Below, piece after piece: positions 55,583 through 64,000 of a stretch of DNA of 64,000 nt (the first letter of the stretch is position 1; every line of letters begins with the position of its first letter). Source of the stretch: Hyaloraphidium curvatum SAG 235-1 (taxonomy: Eukaryota; Fungi; Monoblepharomycota); the NCBI GenBank assembly GCA_025558095.1, contig JAIVFI010000028.1:62001-126000 (forward strand), read 5' to 3'. Both the position numbers and the translations under genes were made by a program. The notes under the pieces were generated by a model. That model worked only from the letters and a program-made list of their open reading frames with translations, had not been told where the DNA came from and made no database searches.

Positions 55583-56434
55583 ATGTTCGGACTCGCCAGC
55601 CGCCGTGCGCCCCGGCTCGCGGTCCGCGGGAGCCTCGGCCGGCGCGGCGCGGCGCAGGCCACGCTCGCGGCGCTCGAGGATCGGCTGGTGCGCGGCGAGC
55701 GCGTCGGCGGCGCGGAGCTGCGGGGCGGACTGCTGGGCGCACTGGTGGCGCTGCGGGCCGCCGAGGCCGAGACGGCGGGCCACCGGGCGGGCATGGAGGA
55801 GGCGCGGGCGCGCGCGGACGAGGCGCGGGCCCGCGCGGAGGAAGCGCGGGCGCGCGCGGACCTGGCGGCGACGAGGGCCGAGGAGGCGGCGGCTCGGGTG
55901 GAGGAGGTGCGCCAGGCCACGGCCCTGGAAGCCGAGATCCAGGCGAGAGAGCTGCGGAGCGTGGTTGCCGTGGTGGGCAACCGGGTCGTCGTCGAGATCG
56001 TGACCCGTGTCCTGGCGGAAAAGAGCGGCAAGGGCACGAGGGGGTCGCTCAGCAGCATGTTCGCCGAGCACGTGCTCCCCATGCTGGTCACGGACCGTCA
56101 GGGGAGGAAGGCGCTCACGCCCTTCGGTGAAGAGCTGCTGGCTCCGCTGGAGGGAGCACAGATGGTGAACGTCTACTCCGCCAACGTGGCAGAGCAGCTG
56201 TCGACGCTCTACAAGGACCTCTCGCGCGAGATCCACTTCGCGGTGGACGTCACCCGGCCCGCGGGGATCTACATTTCCGGCCGCGTTGTCCTCCGCGCCG
56301 CGGTCGCGCTTGTGGTGCGGGCCGGGTTCGCTCGGGGCGCGCTGCCCGACTCGCTCTACCGCTACGCGGACGAGGACATGAACGTTCTGAAGGTCATTTC
56401 GGCCGAAGGTGTCTCGGCGGACATCCGGGCGTGA
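55583..56434 (+). CDS. Hypothetical coiled-coil protein (Arg-rich N-terminus, EARAR repeats)
   Basis: Intact 283-aa ORF with ~21-nt tandem repeats near 55800-55860. Confidence 0.6.
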   Translation: MFGLASRRAPRLAVRGSLGRRGAAQATLAALEDRLVRGERVGGAELRGGLLGALVALRAAEAETAGHRAGMEEARARADEARARAEEARARADLAATRAEEAAARVEEVRQATALEAEIQARELRSVVAVVGNRVVVEIVTRVLAEKSGKGTRGSLSSMFAEHVLPMLVTDRQGRKALTPFGEELLAPLEGAQMVNVYSANVAEQLSTLYKDLSREIHFAVDVTRPAGIYISGRVVLRAAVALVVRAGFARGALPDSLYRYADEDMNVLKVISAEGVSADIRA

Positions 56435-56793
56435 GGGCGCTCCGATCGATCGGGGCAATGTCCCGGGGAGTCGTTCGTAGCGTCTTTCTCGGGAAGCTTC
56501 TGCACGGTGGAGCTTGCTGGGCTCTGTTTCCTGACACGGGAGTGCGTGGGGTGGACAAGGCGCGGGGCTGTGGGTGTTTTGACTGTGTTCTGTAGCCAAC
56601 CACGGCAGTTGGTCATTCTTTGTTCATCATTTTCGTGAGATACAAACGATTACCCTGCTTTTGCAGCCTCCATTCAGGCAGATCTGACAGTAGCGGCGCC
56701 CGCGCCCGCCCCGACGCGGGTGGTGATTGCACGCACCGCTGAGCTGTCTGTCCCGCACTTCCGAGCCGCAACGATCACTGCCGAGCCACAAAG

Positions 56794-57560
56794 ATGCCCG
56801 CCCTCAGCCGCGTGCCCTTCACCCTCTACCGTGTTTCCACCCAATTCCTCGCGCCGCACACAGCGTCGCAGCGCCGCGGCATGGCGGACGACACCGGCTC
56901 GCGCGCCGCCCCAACCGACGCTATGCCCGCCCTCGCCGATCGCGCGTGGAGAGAGTGGGAGGGCATTGATGGTCTTCTAGGGCTTGTCGAGAGCCCCAAG
57001 TACACAACGTCACGCAGAGTGCACGAGCTAGAGGCTATGACCAGAATTTCCCCGTCCTCGTCCTCGTTGCCGGGGCCCGATATACCACGTCACGGTCCAC
57101 CTCCGGAAGTCCCAGAAATCGAAGCGGGGCTTTGGGACGGGCCCCTGGAGGACGACGACGACTGGGAAGACGGCAGCGCCATTCTGACGAGGCGGCTCTC
57201 CGTCGAAGATGAGGCCTTGGACAGGAAGCTGCTCTGTACCCTCGAGGGATGCCTCGGTGTGTCAGCAAGGCTCCTCCAGGGGGACAGGGAGGGCAACCAC
57301 TGTGCTTGCTTCCTGGTCCTCCTGCGGCATGCTCAGTCCATCAGCAGCCTGGATGCGAGAAACGAGGACGGCTTCGACCACGTCGTCTCGGGCGCCCAGA
57401 TTTGCCATCACCGAAGCCGATCGGGAGCGGCTCCTCGCCGCCATGCGGGTGCTCCACCTCGACCAGTACGACGGCGTGAAGCGTTTCGAGATCAGGGATC
57501 TGCCGCCGGGGAAGGTGCCCAAGCCGTCGCGCGATCCGAACAAGGTCGATTTAGGCAGCA
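56794..57560 (+). pseudogene. Second degenerate copy of the orphan family (frameshifted)
   Basis: GVSARLL..CFLVLLRHA in one frame and RFAITEADRERLLAAMRVLHLD in another match the C-terminal half of 59355-60050. The frameshift lies near 57395. Confidence 0.6.
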
Positions 57561-57605
57561 TTATCTCTCCCATACACTCTTTCCCGGTGGGGAATGCCTC
57601 GTTAC

Positions 57606-58886
57606 TCACAGCTTGGAGAGCACGCCTAGTCCCTCTGTGCCGAGATCCTTGGGCGCGGCCGGCTTCTTCGCCACGAGCTTCTCCAGCGCCGTAAACTCCT
57701 CCGGCGTCCCGCCCTCCAGGAACGCCCCCACGATCTTTCCCCCCTCGACCCAGAACTGCCCGAACTTGCCCTTGGACTGGTCCCCGAACGCCACGGGCGA
57801 TCCCTTGGCCACACCGTGGAACTGCCAGCTGAGGTTGAAGAACCGCGAGTAGAAGAACGGCTGGTACGCGATTTCGCCCGGCTCCCCGTTCAGGAGATCC
57901 GCGACCGCATGCCCGCCCGACTTGCGCGCGAGCGTGACGTGCTCCTGCCTCGCGTGGGCGCCGTCGTGCAGCTGCGGGAACGCCGCGACGTCGCCGACGG
58001 CCCAGACGCCCGGGCGGGAGGTGCGGAACCGCCCGTCGACCTTGATCCCGCCGTGGACGAGGTCGAGCTGGCCGGCGAAGAGGTCCGAATTGGGGCGCGC
58101 GCCGATGCCCAGGACAACGAGAGAGGTGGCGAGGCGGCGGCCGTCCTTGAGGACCACGGCGGACGCGGCTCCTTTTTCGCCGACGACCTCGGCCACGAGC
58201 GCGTCCTTGACGAGCTCGATGCCCTTGTCGGCGAAGACCTTCTCGTAATATCCCGCAATGTCCGGGGTAAAGAGCCGCTCCAGCAGCCGCGACTCGGGGA
58301 ACACCACCGAGGCGCGGACGCCGTTGGTGGCCAGCGCGGCGGCAACTTCCATTCCGATGTACCCGCCCCCGACCACAACGGCGCGGGTTCCGGCGGCCTT
58401 TGCGGCGGCGATGTCGGCGACCAGCGCGTCGGCATCGCGCACGTCGCGGAGGTAATGCACCCCCTTGAGCCCATCGCCCTTCGCGCCGAGGTCGGCGAGC
58501 GTGACGGCGCGGGCGCCGGTCCCGATGATCAGCTTCTCGAAGGAGACGGTGTCGCCCGACGCCGTGGTCAGCGTGCGCGCGGCGAGGTCGGCCTTGGCCA
58601 CGCGGGTGGAAGTGAGGAAGTTGACGCCCTTTGCTTCGTAGAACTCTTTGTCTTGCCGCGGGCCGCCAACGCCTGCAGCGGCGAGGAACCCGGGGAGCCG
58701 CGCCGGGTTCGTCGGTGCGAGGTATCCCTTCGAGAGCGCGGGCCGCTCGTACGCCAGCTCGGGCTCGTCGCCGAGGATCGCGAGGGCGCCGGGCTGTCCC
58801 CCGCGGGCCACGAACTCCTTGGCCGCGTAGCCGGCGGACACGCCGCCGCCCACGAAGACGTACGGGAAGGAGAGCTGGCGCGGCAT
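57606..58886 (-). CDS. Monodehydroascorbate reductase-like flavoprotein (plant MDAR type), intronless, PTS1 -SKL
   Basis: VGGGVSAGYAA.EF, AYERPALSKGYL, ARLPGF, YLRDV.DAD, GGGYIGME, GDVAAFP, RQEHV..AR.S and PFFYSRFF.LSWQF.G; ends in SKL. Confidence 0.88.
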   Translation of the reverse strand: MPRQLSFPYVFVGGGVSAGYAAKEFVARGGQPGALAILGDEPELAYERPALSKGYLAPTNPARLPGFLAAAGVGGPRQDKEFYEAKGVNFLTSTRVAKADLAARTLTTASGDTVSFEKLIIGTGARAVTLADLGAKGDGLKGVHYLRDVRDADALVADIAAAKAAGTRAVVVGGGYIGMEVAAALATNGVRASVVFPESRLLERLFTPDIAGYYEKVFADKGIELVKDALVAEVVGEKGAASAVVLKDGRRLATSLVVLGIGARPNSDLFAGQLDLVHGGIKVDGRFRTSRPGVWAVGDVAAFPQLHDGAHARQEHVTLARKSGGHAVADLLNGEPGEIAYQPFFYSRFFNLSWQFHGVAKGSPVAFGDQSKGKFGQFWVEGGKIVGAFLEGGTPEEFTALEKLVAKKPAAPKDLGTEGLGVLSKL

Positions 58887-59354
58887 CGTGGGAGATCACG
58901 CAGAACGGACCGGCTCGCGATGGATGGCGGGCGAGCGGAGAATCGGGTCGGATGGTGTTGAAGCCGATCGCGTGCACGCCAGGTGGCGCAACCACCGTTC
59001 TTGCATCGGAGGTCCGCTGCCGCAAAGTGGGGCTTCCGAAATAGAAGCCCGCGTTCCGCTCTTCGCTTTTCAATTCGCTTGTTGGACCGGAGAGCCATCG
59101 TGATTCGTGCACAACACGTGCGAACTGTGAGATCGATGACTACTGAACGAAAGCGACTTCATGGCTTCGAAAAGGGAGCTGCGATTCATCAGACCAATCA
59201 TTCTTCGGCGTTCTGGCTCTGGTTCGGGAAGAATCGAACTGCAGTTAAGCGAGTGACCATCGTCCCACTCGTCCCGGCCGGTTTCCTTTCCGAACACCTC
59301 CCACCGCCGCCTCCCTCATCGTTTCATCGTCATCGTTCTCATCGTCTCGCCGAC

Positions 59355-60050
59355 ATGTCGACCTTTTCGAGCGCCTCCGTCTTTTTCGGCGTCCGCGTCG
59401 ACGGGGCGGCCTTGGACCAGGCGCTCTCCACATTTGCCCTCTGGCGCCCCGCGGCCGAAGAACTTCGCCTCGCCCACTCCTCCCGCTACCCGAACCCTTT
59501 TGCCGCGCTGCCCATCGAGCTAGTCTGGAAAATCGAGTCGGCCTTGTGGGACGCCATCGCGACCGATGACGCGGCCGACGCGGGCGCCCCCAAGGACGAC
59601 CCCCACGCCCCCTTCCTGCGCCTCCTCGAAAAGACCAAGGCACGCGCCGAGGCCCCCAAGATCCTCGGAAAATGGTTCGGCATCTCGGCCCGCTTCTTCC
59701 CCTCGGGCCCCCTAGGCGACAACGGCGACCTATGCTTTCTCGTCCTGCGCCGGCACGCCCGCCCCGTCTCGGAGATCTCCGCCTGCTGCGACGACGACGA
59801 CATGGAGCTGTTCGACGGCGTCGTCTTCGGGCACCAGGCCTTCCGCCTCCCCGCGTCGTACTTCGCCGTGCGGCAGGCCGATCGCGACGGGCTGCTGACC
59901 GCGCTGCGGGTGCTCCGCCTGGATGCGCACGGGGGCGTGCCGCTGGCCAGGGAGCTGCCCGCCAAGGACATGGCGATCGGTGGGGGCAAGGGCGCGGGGA
60001 GGCCGTCCTGGATCGTGCACCATTCGGTGGACTGCGAGGTGATCTGGTGA
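59355..60050 (+). CDS. Hypothetical protein (orphan family; intact member, F-box-like LPxE segment)
   Basis: Intact 231-aa ORF containing FAALPIELVWKIES. Two degenerate paralogs lie nearby. Confidence 0.65.
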   Translation: MSTFSSASVFFGVRVDGAALDQALSTFALWRPAAEELRLAHSSRYPNPFAALPIELVWKIESALWDAIATDDAADAGAPKDDPHAPFLRLLEKTKARAEAPKILGKWFGISARFFPSGPLGDNGDLCFLVLRRHARPVSEISACCDDDDMELFDGVVFGHQAFRLPASYFAVRQADRDGLLTALRVLRLDAHGGVPLARELPAKDMAIGGGKGAGRPSWIVHHSVDCEVIW

Positions 60051-60853
60051 TCGGTGCGCACGGAGCGCAGCTCGTGTGCTGCAAAAGAGCTATTCAAAAA
60101 CGGGATCGCCATCTGGTGAAAGAACTGGACTACTTCGTGGCTAGGAGCGATAGCGACTGCCATATCGCTGGTGTAAGAGCTCCATTGTGGCTAGGACCTG
60201 CTATGCGCTGCCGTATTCGATTATAAAGACTACTGTACTTCTATAGAGCGAAGACGATACGCAAACCGTTCGAGCCAAGCGGCCGCGTCTTGTTGGATTC
60301 CGTGGTAGATTAAAGTCCGCAAGAACGTCTAGAGGCGCTTGCAGTGGCCATCCCCGGCCCGATATGAGAAGCCCGCTCTGATTGCTCTATCGTCTAATTA
60401 GCCATCGCCAAGAAGTTCGAGGCCGGCTCTGCCGCCAAAAAGGCATAGAGGCTCCTAGCGATCCCTTCCGCGCGGTGTCAATCGGGACGGCCGAGCTTTT
60501 GTAGAGTCAAACGGTCCCATTGCCACCCTCATCGGACAGAACTTCGTCTGCGGGCATCGACACTCAGCTGTCTCCTGTCTCGAACTTGTTGTCCGACAGA
60601 GGTGAGACAGCTTCCGAAGAAACTCGCGGCAATGGCATACTTGCGGGGAAAGTGCCAGCCGGAGCGGCCCAGTGCTCCCTGCTGTTCCAATCATTCCAGG
60701 AGAAGCGTGCAGAATGCAGATCAACACTGTTGCGTGACCTTTGGGTTGTCGCGCGGGGCTTCCTAGGCGGATGTTCGGCCGACCCGGGCGGACCCATCCC
60801 CCCCTTTTGAGACGGCCGATCAGGCCACTTTACGAAAAACCGCTCTCCACAAA

Positions 60854-62958
60854 ATGGGCGCTCCGGGCGTGCGCGAGGCGCCGCCGGCGCTGCCGTCCAA
60901 GCCGCTCGGCTACGTGCTCGCGGCGGGCGTGGCGCTGCTGGCGGTCGTGCTCAAGGCGTACCCGCTGCTGCGGCTCCTCGCGCTGTTTGCCTCCGCGGCG
61001 CTCTTCTTCGCGCTGCGGCCCGCGGCGTACGCGCCGCTGTCTCAGCGCGTCGGCGCGCCGTTCCGCCGGTCGCTGCTGACGACGCGCGCGTCGCCGTCGA
61101 CGCTGCCCGCGCCGGGCGAGGCGTCGCACGTGCTCGTCGGCGCCGGCCTGTCGTCGCTCACGTGCGCCGCGCTGCTGGCGCGCCTCGGCCACAAGGTGCT
61201 CGTGCTCGAGCAGCACGACATCGTCGGCGGCGGCACGCACTCGTACGAGCTCGGCACGCGCGCGGACGGCGGCCCGTACAAGTTCGACTCCGGCCTGCAC
61301 TACACGATCCCAGAGTCGGAGCTGCTGGTGCGCATGTGCACCGGCCAGCCCGACTCCGAGGGCTGCAAGGTGTCGCTCATGGGCGTGCGCGAGAGCGAGG
61401 TGCCCGACTGGGCCGGGGGGCCTAAGAAGGCGGCAAACGGCGCCGCGAATGGCCACCACCCGGCAAAGCCGATCGATTTTAGTCCGGGTGCCACCAACGA
61501 AGAGCCCATCGTCTGTTGGTATCGGATGTGAGCATCTCCGTGTCTTCTGATTGCTGACACGCTTTGTTCCCTTCAGACGAGAGGGTCGTGATTGGATCGC
61601 CCAAGGCGGAGGCCTTCCTCTTCTCGCTGTGGCAGCGCCACGTGCCCAACCTGTACAAGCGGTTCCCGAACCTCAAGGCCGACATCGACCGCTACGTGAA
61701 GCACGCCTCGGGGGCGGTCAACTCGATCCCGATGTTTGTGCTCTCGAAGCTTTTCCCGCTCTGGCTGCAGCGGATCGTGAACCCTTACCTGCTCAAGACC
61801 TTCCGGTACTACGCCGGCATGACAACGGAGGAAGCTTTCGAACACATCACCGACAAGACCGAGCTCCGAAACCTGCTCTCTTCGCTGTGGATGGACATTG
61901 GCGCGCCGCCCGCGCGCGGCACCTTCACGCTCACTGCGGCCGTCGTCTGGGGCTTCCCCCAGCGCGGCGGCGCATACCCCGCCGGCGGCTCCGAGGAGCT
62001 GGCAAAGAGCCTCGTGCGCACCATTGAACGGTACGGCGGGCGGGTCCTCGTCAAGGCCGACGTGGCCGAGATCCTGGTCGAGCCCGAAGGCTCGGGCTTC
62101 CGCGCGGCGGGAGTCAAGCTGCGCGACGGCACCGAGATCCGCGCGCCCAACGTCGTTTCCTCGGTCGGCTACGCCAACACCTGGTCCAAGCTCGTCCCCG
62201 AGCGCGTCACCTCCAAGCTCGGCATCCCCCGCACCCTCTCGGACCGGGTCGGCCCCTCTGCCGGCTTCGTCATGGCCAACATCGGCCTCCGCGCCTCGCG
62301 CGAGGAGATGGGCCTGCAGTGCTACAACACGTGGTACCTCCCCGTCGACGGGTCGGGCGACACCTTCCCCGCCATCCGGGCCAACTTTGCCGACCCCCTC
62401 GGGTGCGACGTGCCCTGCATGATCACCTTCCCGTCCATCAAGGACCGCGCGTGGGCCGAGAAGGACCGCGAGACGTGCCAGATCCTGGTCATGGTGGACG
62501 GCGAGCCGCACTTTTCCAAGTGGCTGGGCAAGGACAGCGGCAAGCCCGGGGAGGACAACGAAGCCTACGAGGCGCTCAAGAAGCGCTGGGGGGACGTGCT
62601 CACGGAGCGGCTGCTCTCGCTGTTCCCCAAGATGAAACGGGAGCATGTGGCCCTGGTCGACATCTCCACCCCGGCGACGATCCAGTACTACCTCCGCGAG
62701 CCCGAGGGCGGCGCGGTGGGGCTGGACCAGACCCCGCGCAGGTTCACGGATCCGGCGGTGCAGGAGCTGCTCGATATGAGCACCCCCGTCAGGGGGCTGT
62801 GGCAGACGGGGCAGGACACCCTGATCTGCGGGCAGCCGCTGGTGCAGCTGGCGGGGGCCATCACGGCATTCAGGATGATGGGCTTCTGGAAGGCGGCGGG
62901 GCTGCTGCTTCAGACTTCGCTGTGGGAGTTGGAGGGCGACGGGGAGGAGAAGAAGTGA
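60854..62958 (+). CDS. All-trans-retinol saturase / phytoene desaturase-like FAD oxidoreductase
   Basis: VGAGLSSL, VLEQHDIVGGGTHSY, FDSGLHY, GAYPAGGSEEL, ISTPAT..YY and GLWQTGQD; intron ~61515-61576. Confidence 0.85.
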
Positions 62959-63268
62959 AACAGCGGACCGGTTGGAGCGAGTAAGGGGGCACCACGAGTC
63001 GGGAAGGGGAGGAGGCAGGAACCATGTAGAGAATGTCGACATCGACGTGCAGTTCACACGATTGCCTTTCAAATTGTTCTCCTGAGCACAAGCTTGTAGA
63101 CATCGTAAAGCGCTTCGAGTTAGGATCTTTGAGGATAGGATTGCGGCGATGCTTGAGCGCTGTTCACGTGTGAATAGCCGCCCGCCCTCCTTCCCACCCT
63201 TTGTCCCTGAAGGACCCCGGCGGCGAACCAGGGGAGCAAAAGGCGGCCTCCCGCCAGCTGACGTCGAT

Positions 63269-64000
63269 ATGCCCGTCGTGCTCTTCGCCTGCGTCGGCTC
63301 CCGCGGCGACGTCCAGGTGCGTCGGCCCTCCGGCGCCGCGCCGCTCTTCTGACGCCCGGGGCCGCCCCGCAGCCGTACATCGCCGCGGGCCTCGCGCTCA
63401 AGACCGCGGGATGGCGGCCCGTCCTGCTCGTCCACGAGCCGTTCCAGAAGATGGTTACTTCCGCCGGGCTCGAGGTCGCGCCGTTCCCCATGCGCGGCAA
63501 TCTCGTCGAGCTGTTTGCGACAACCGAGGCAGGCCGCGCCGTAAAGCAAGCCAGCCTCTTTACGGCCATGAGCGCGCTGAAGAACTTCTACCGGCCGGTG
63601 CTCAAGCAATACTTCGAGGACACTTTGAAGGCTACAGAAGCGCTGAACGTCGACCTCCTCGTGCTCACGACGTTCCCGATGGCGGCGGGCGGCCTTGCCA
63701 TCCCGGAGATCGTCAAGAAGAAGGACGGACGGGTCGTCTACACGGTCATTGCCCACACGGTCCCGTTCTCTCCGACATCTGAACTCGCCGTGCCCCTGCT
63801 GGGCGCCGGGCAGACTTCCATGTTCGGATGGATCAACAGCTTGAACTGGAGCGTGACGGACAAGGCCAGCTACAACAACCTGTACGGACCGATGGTATCT
63901 GAGTACCTAGGAACGTACGGGGTAACCAAGCCTCCCAAGGACCTCATCTCGTACACGGCGAATCGGCTCACGGTACCGCCGACGCCCGTCTGCTTCATCT
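63269..64000 (+). CDS. GT1 UDP-glycosyltransferase (sterol glucosyltransferase-like); 3' end beyond the window
   Basis: After splicing a short intron the N-terminus reads GSRGDVQ|PYIAAGLAL, the Glyco_transf_28 signature. Confidence 0.8.

Noticed and set aside
55263-57100. Mobile element carrying ORF 55583-56434 that split one orphan gene into two halves
   Set aside because: I found no TSD, terminal repeats or transposase motifs. Each fragment has its own upstream motif, which favours two separate decayed paralogs.
60051-60853. Lower-GC intergenic stretch (also 17400-17790) as a decayed transposon or ncRNA
   Set aside because: It has no recognisable repeats, coding remnants or RNA motifs, so the call cannot be supported without a search.
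1-64000. tRNA, rRNA, CRISPR arrays, telomeric repeats
   Set aside because: None were recognised on either strand by eye.

Overview
GC-rich, very gene-dense eukaryotic DNA with short (~50-70 nt) GT-AG introns and two Zn(II)2Cys6 transcription factors, so it is fungal. An early-diverging, chytrid/monoblepharid-like lineage is my inference. The left 14 kb is a 3-hydroxybenzoate/gentisate catabolic cluster. It holds NagI-like gentisate dioxygenase, 3-hydroxybenzoate 6-hydroxylase, a type II FMO, a Zn2Cys6 TF, NagK-like fumarylpyruvate hydrolase and an MFS transporter; the enzymes look bacterial, and three of them now carry spliceosomal introns. An intact 4,564-bp CRE-like non-LTR retrotransposon (RT + REL endonuclease, 6-bp TSD) sits antisense inside intron 1 of the hydroxylase. 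Next come a cellular rvt reverse transcriptase gene, APS kinase, an SHPRH/Irc20-like SNF2-RING helicase, a membrane-anchored subtilisin, an alcohol dehydrogenase and an Obg/YchF GTPase. The rest includes two paralogous 7-TM proteins with gustatory-receptor-like topology, an Ert1/AcuK-type TF, a bacterial-type LTA-synthase/sulfatase-like gene and a hexokinase/sorbitol dehydrogenase head-to-head pair. Also present are IF1, 2-hydroxyacyl-CoA lyase, homoserine dehydrogenase, MYND, GNAT and F-box genes, an orphan family with two pseudogenes, a plant-type MDAR, a retinol-saturase-like gene and a partial GT1 glycosyltransferase. Family assignments come from motifs I recognise; no database search was run.
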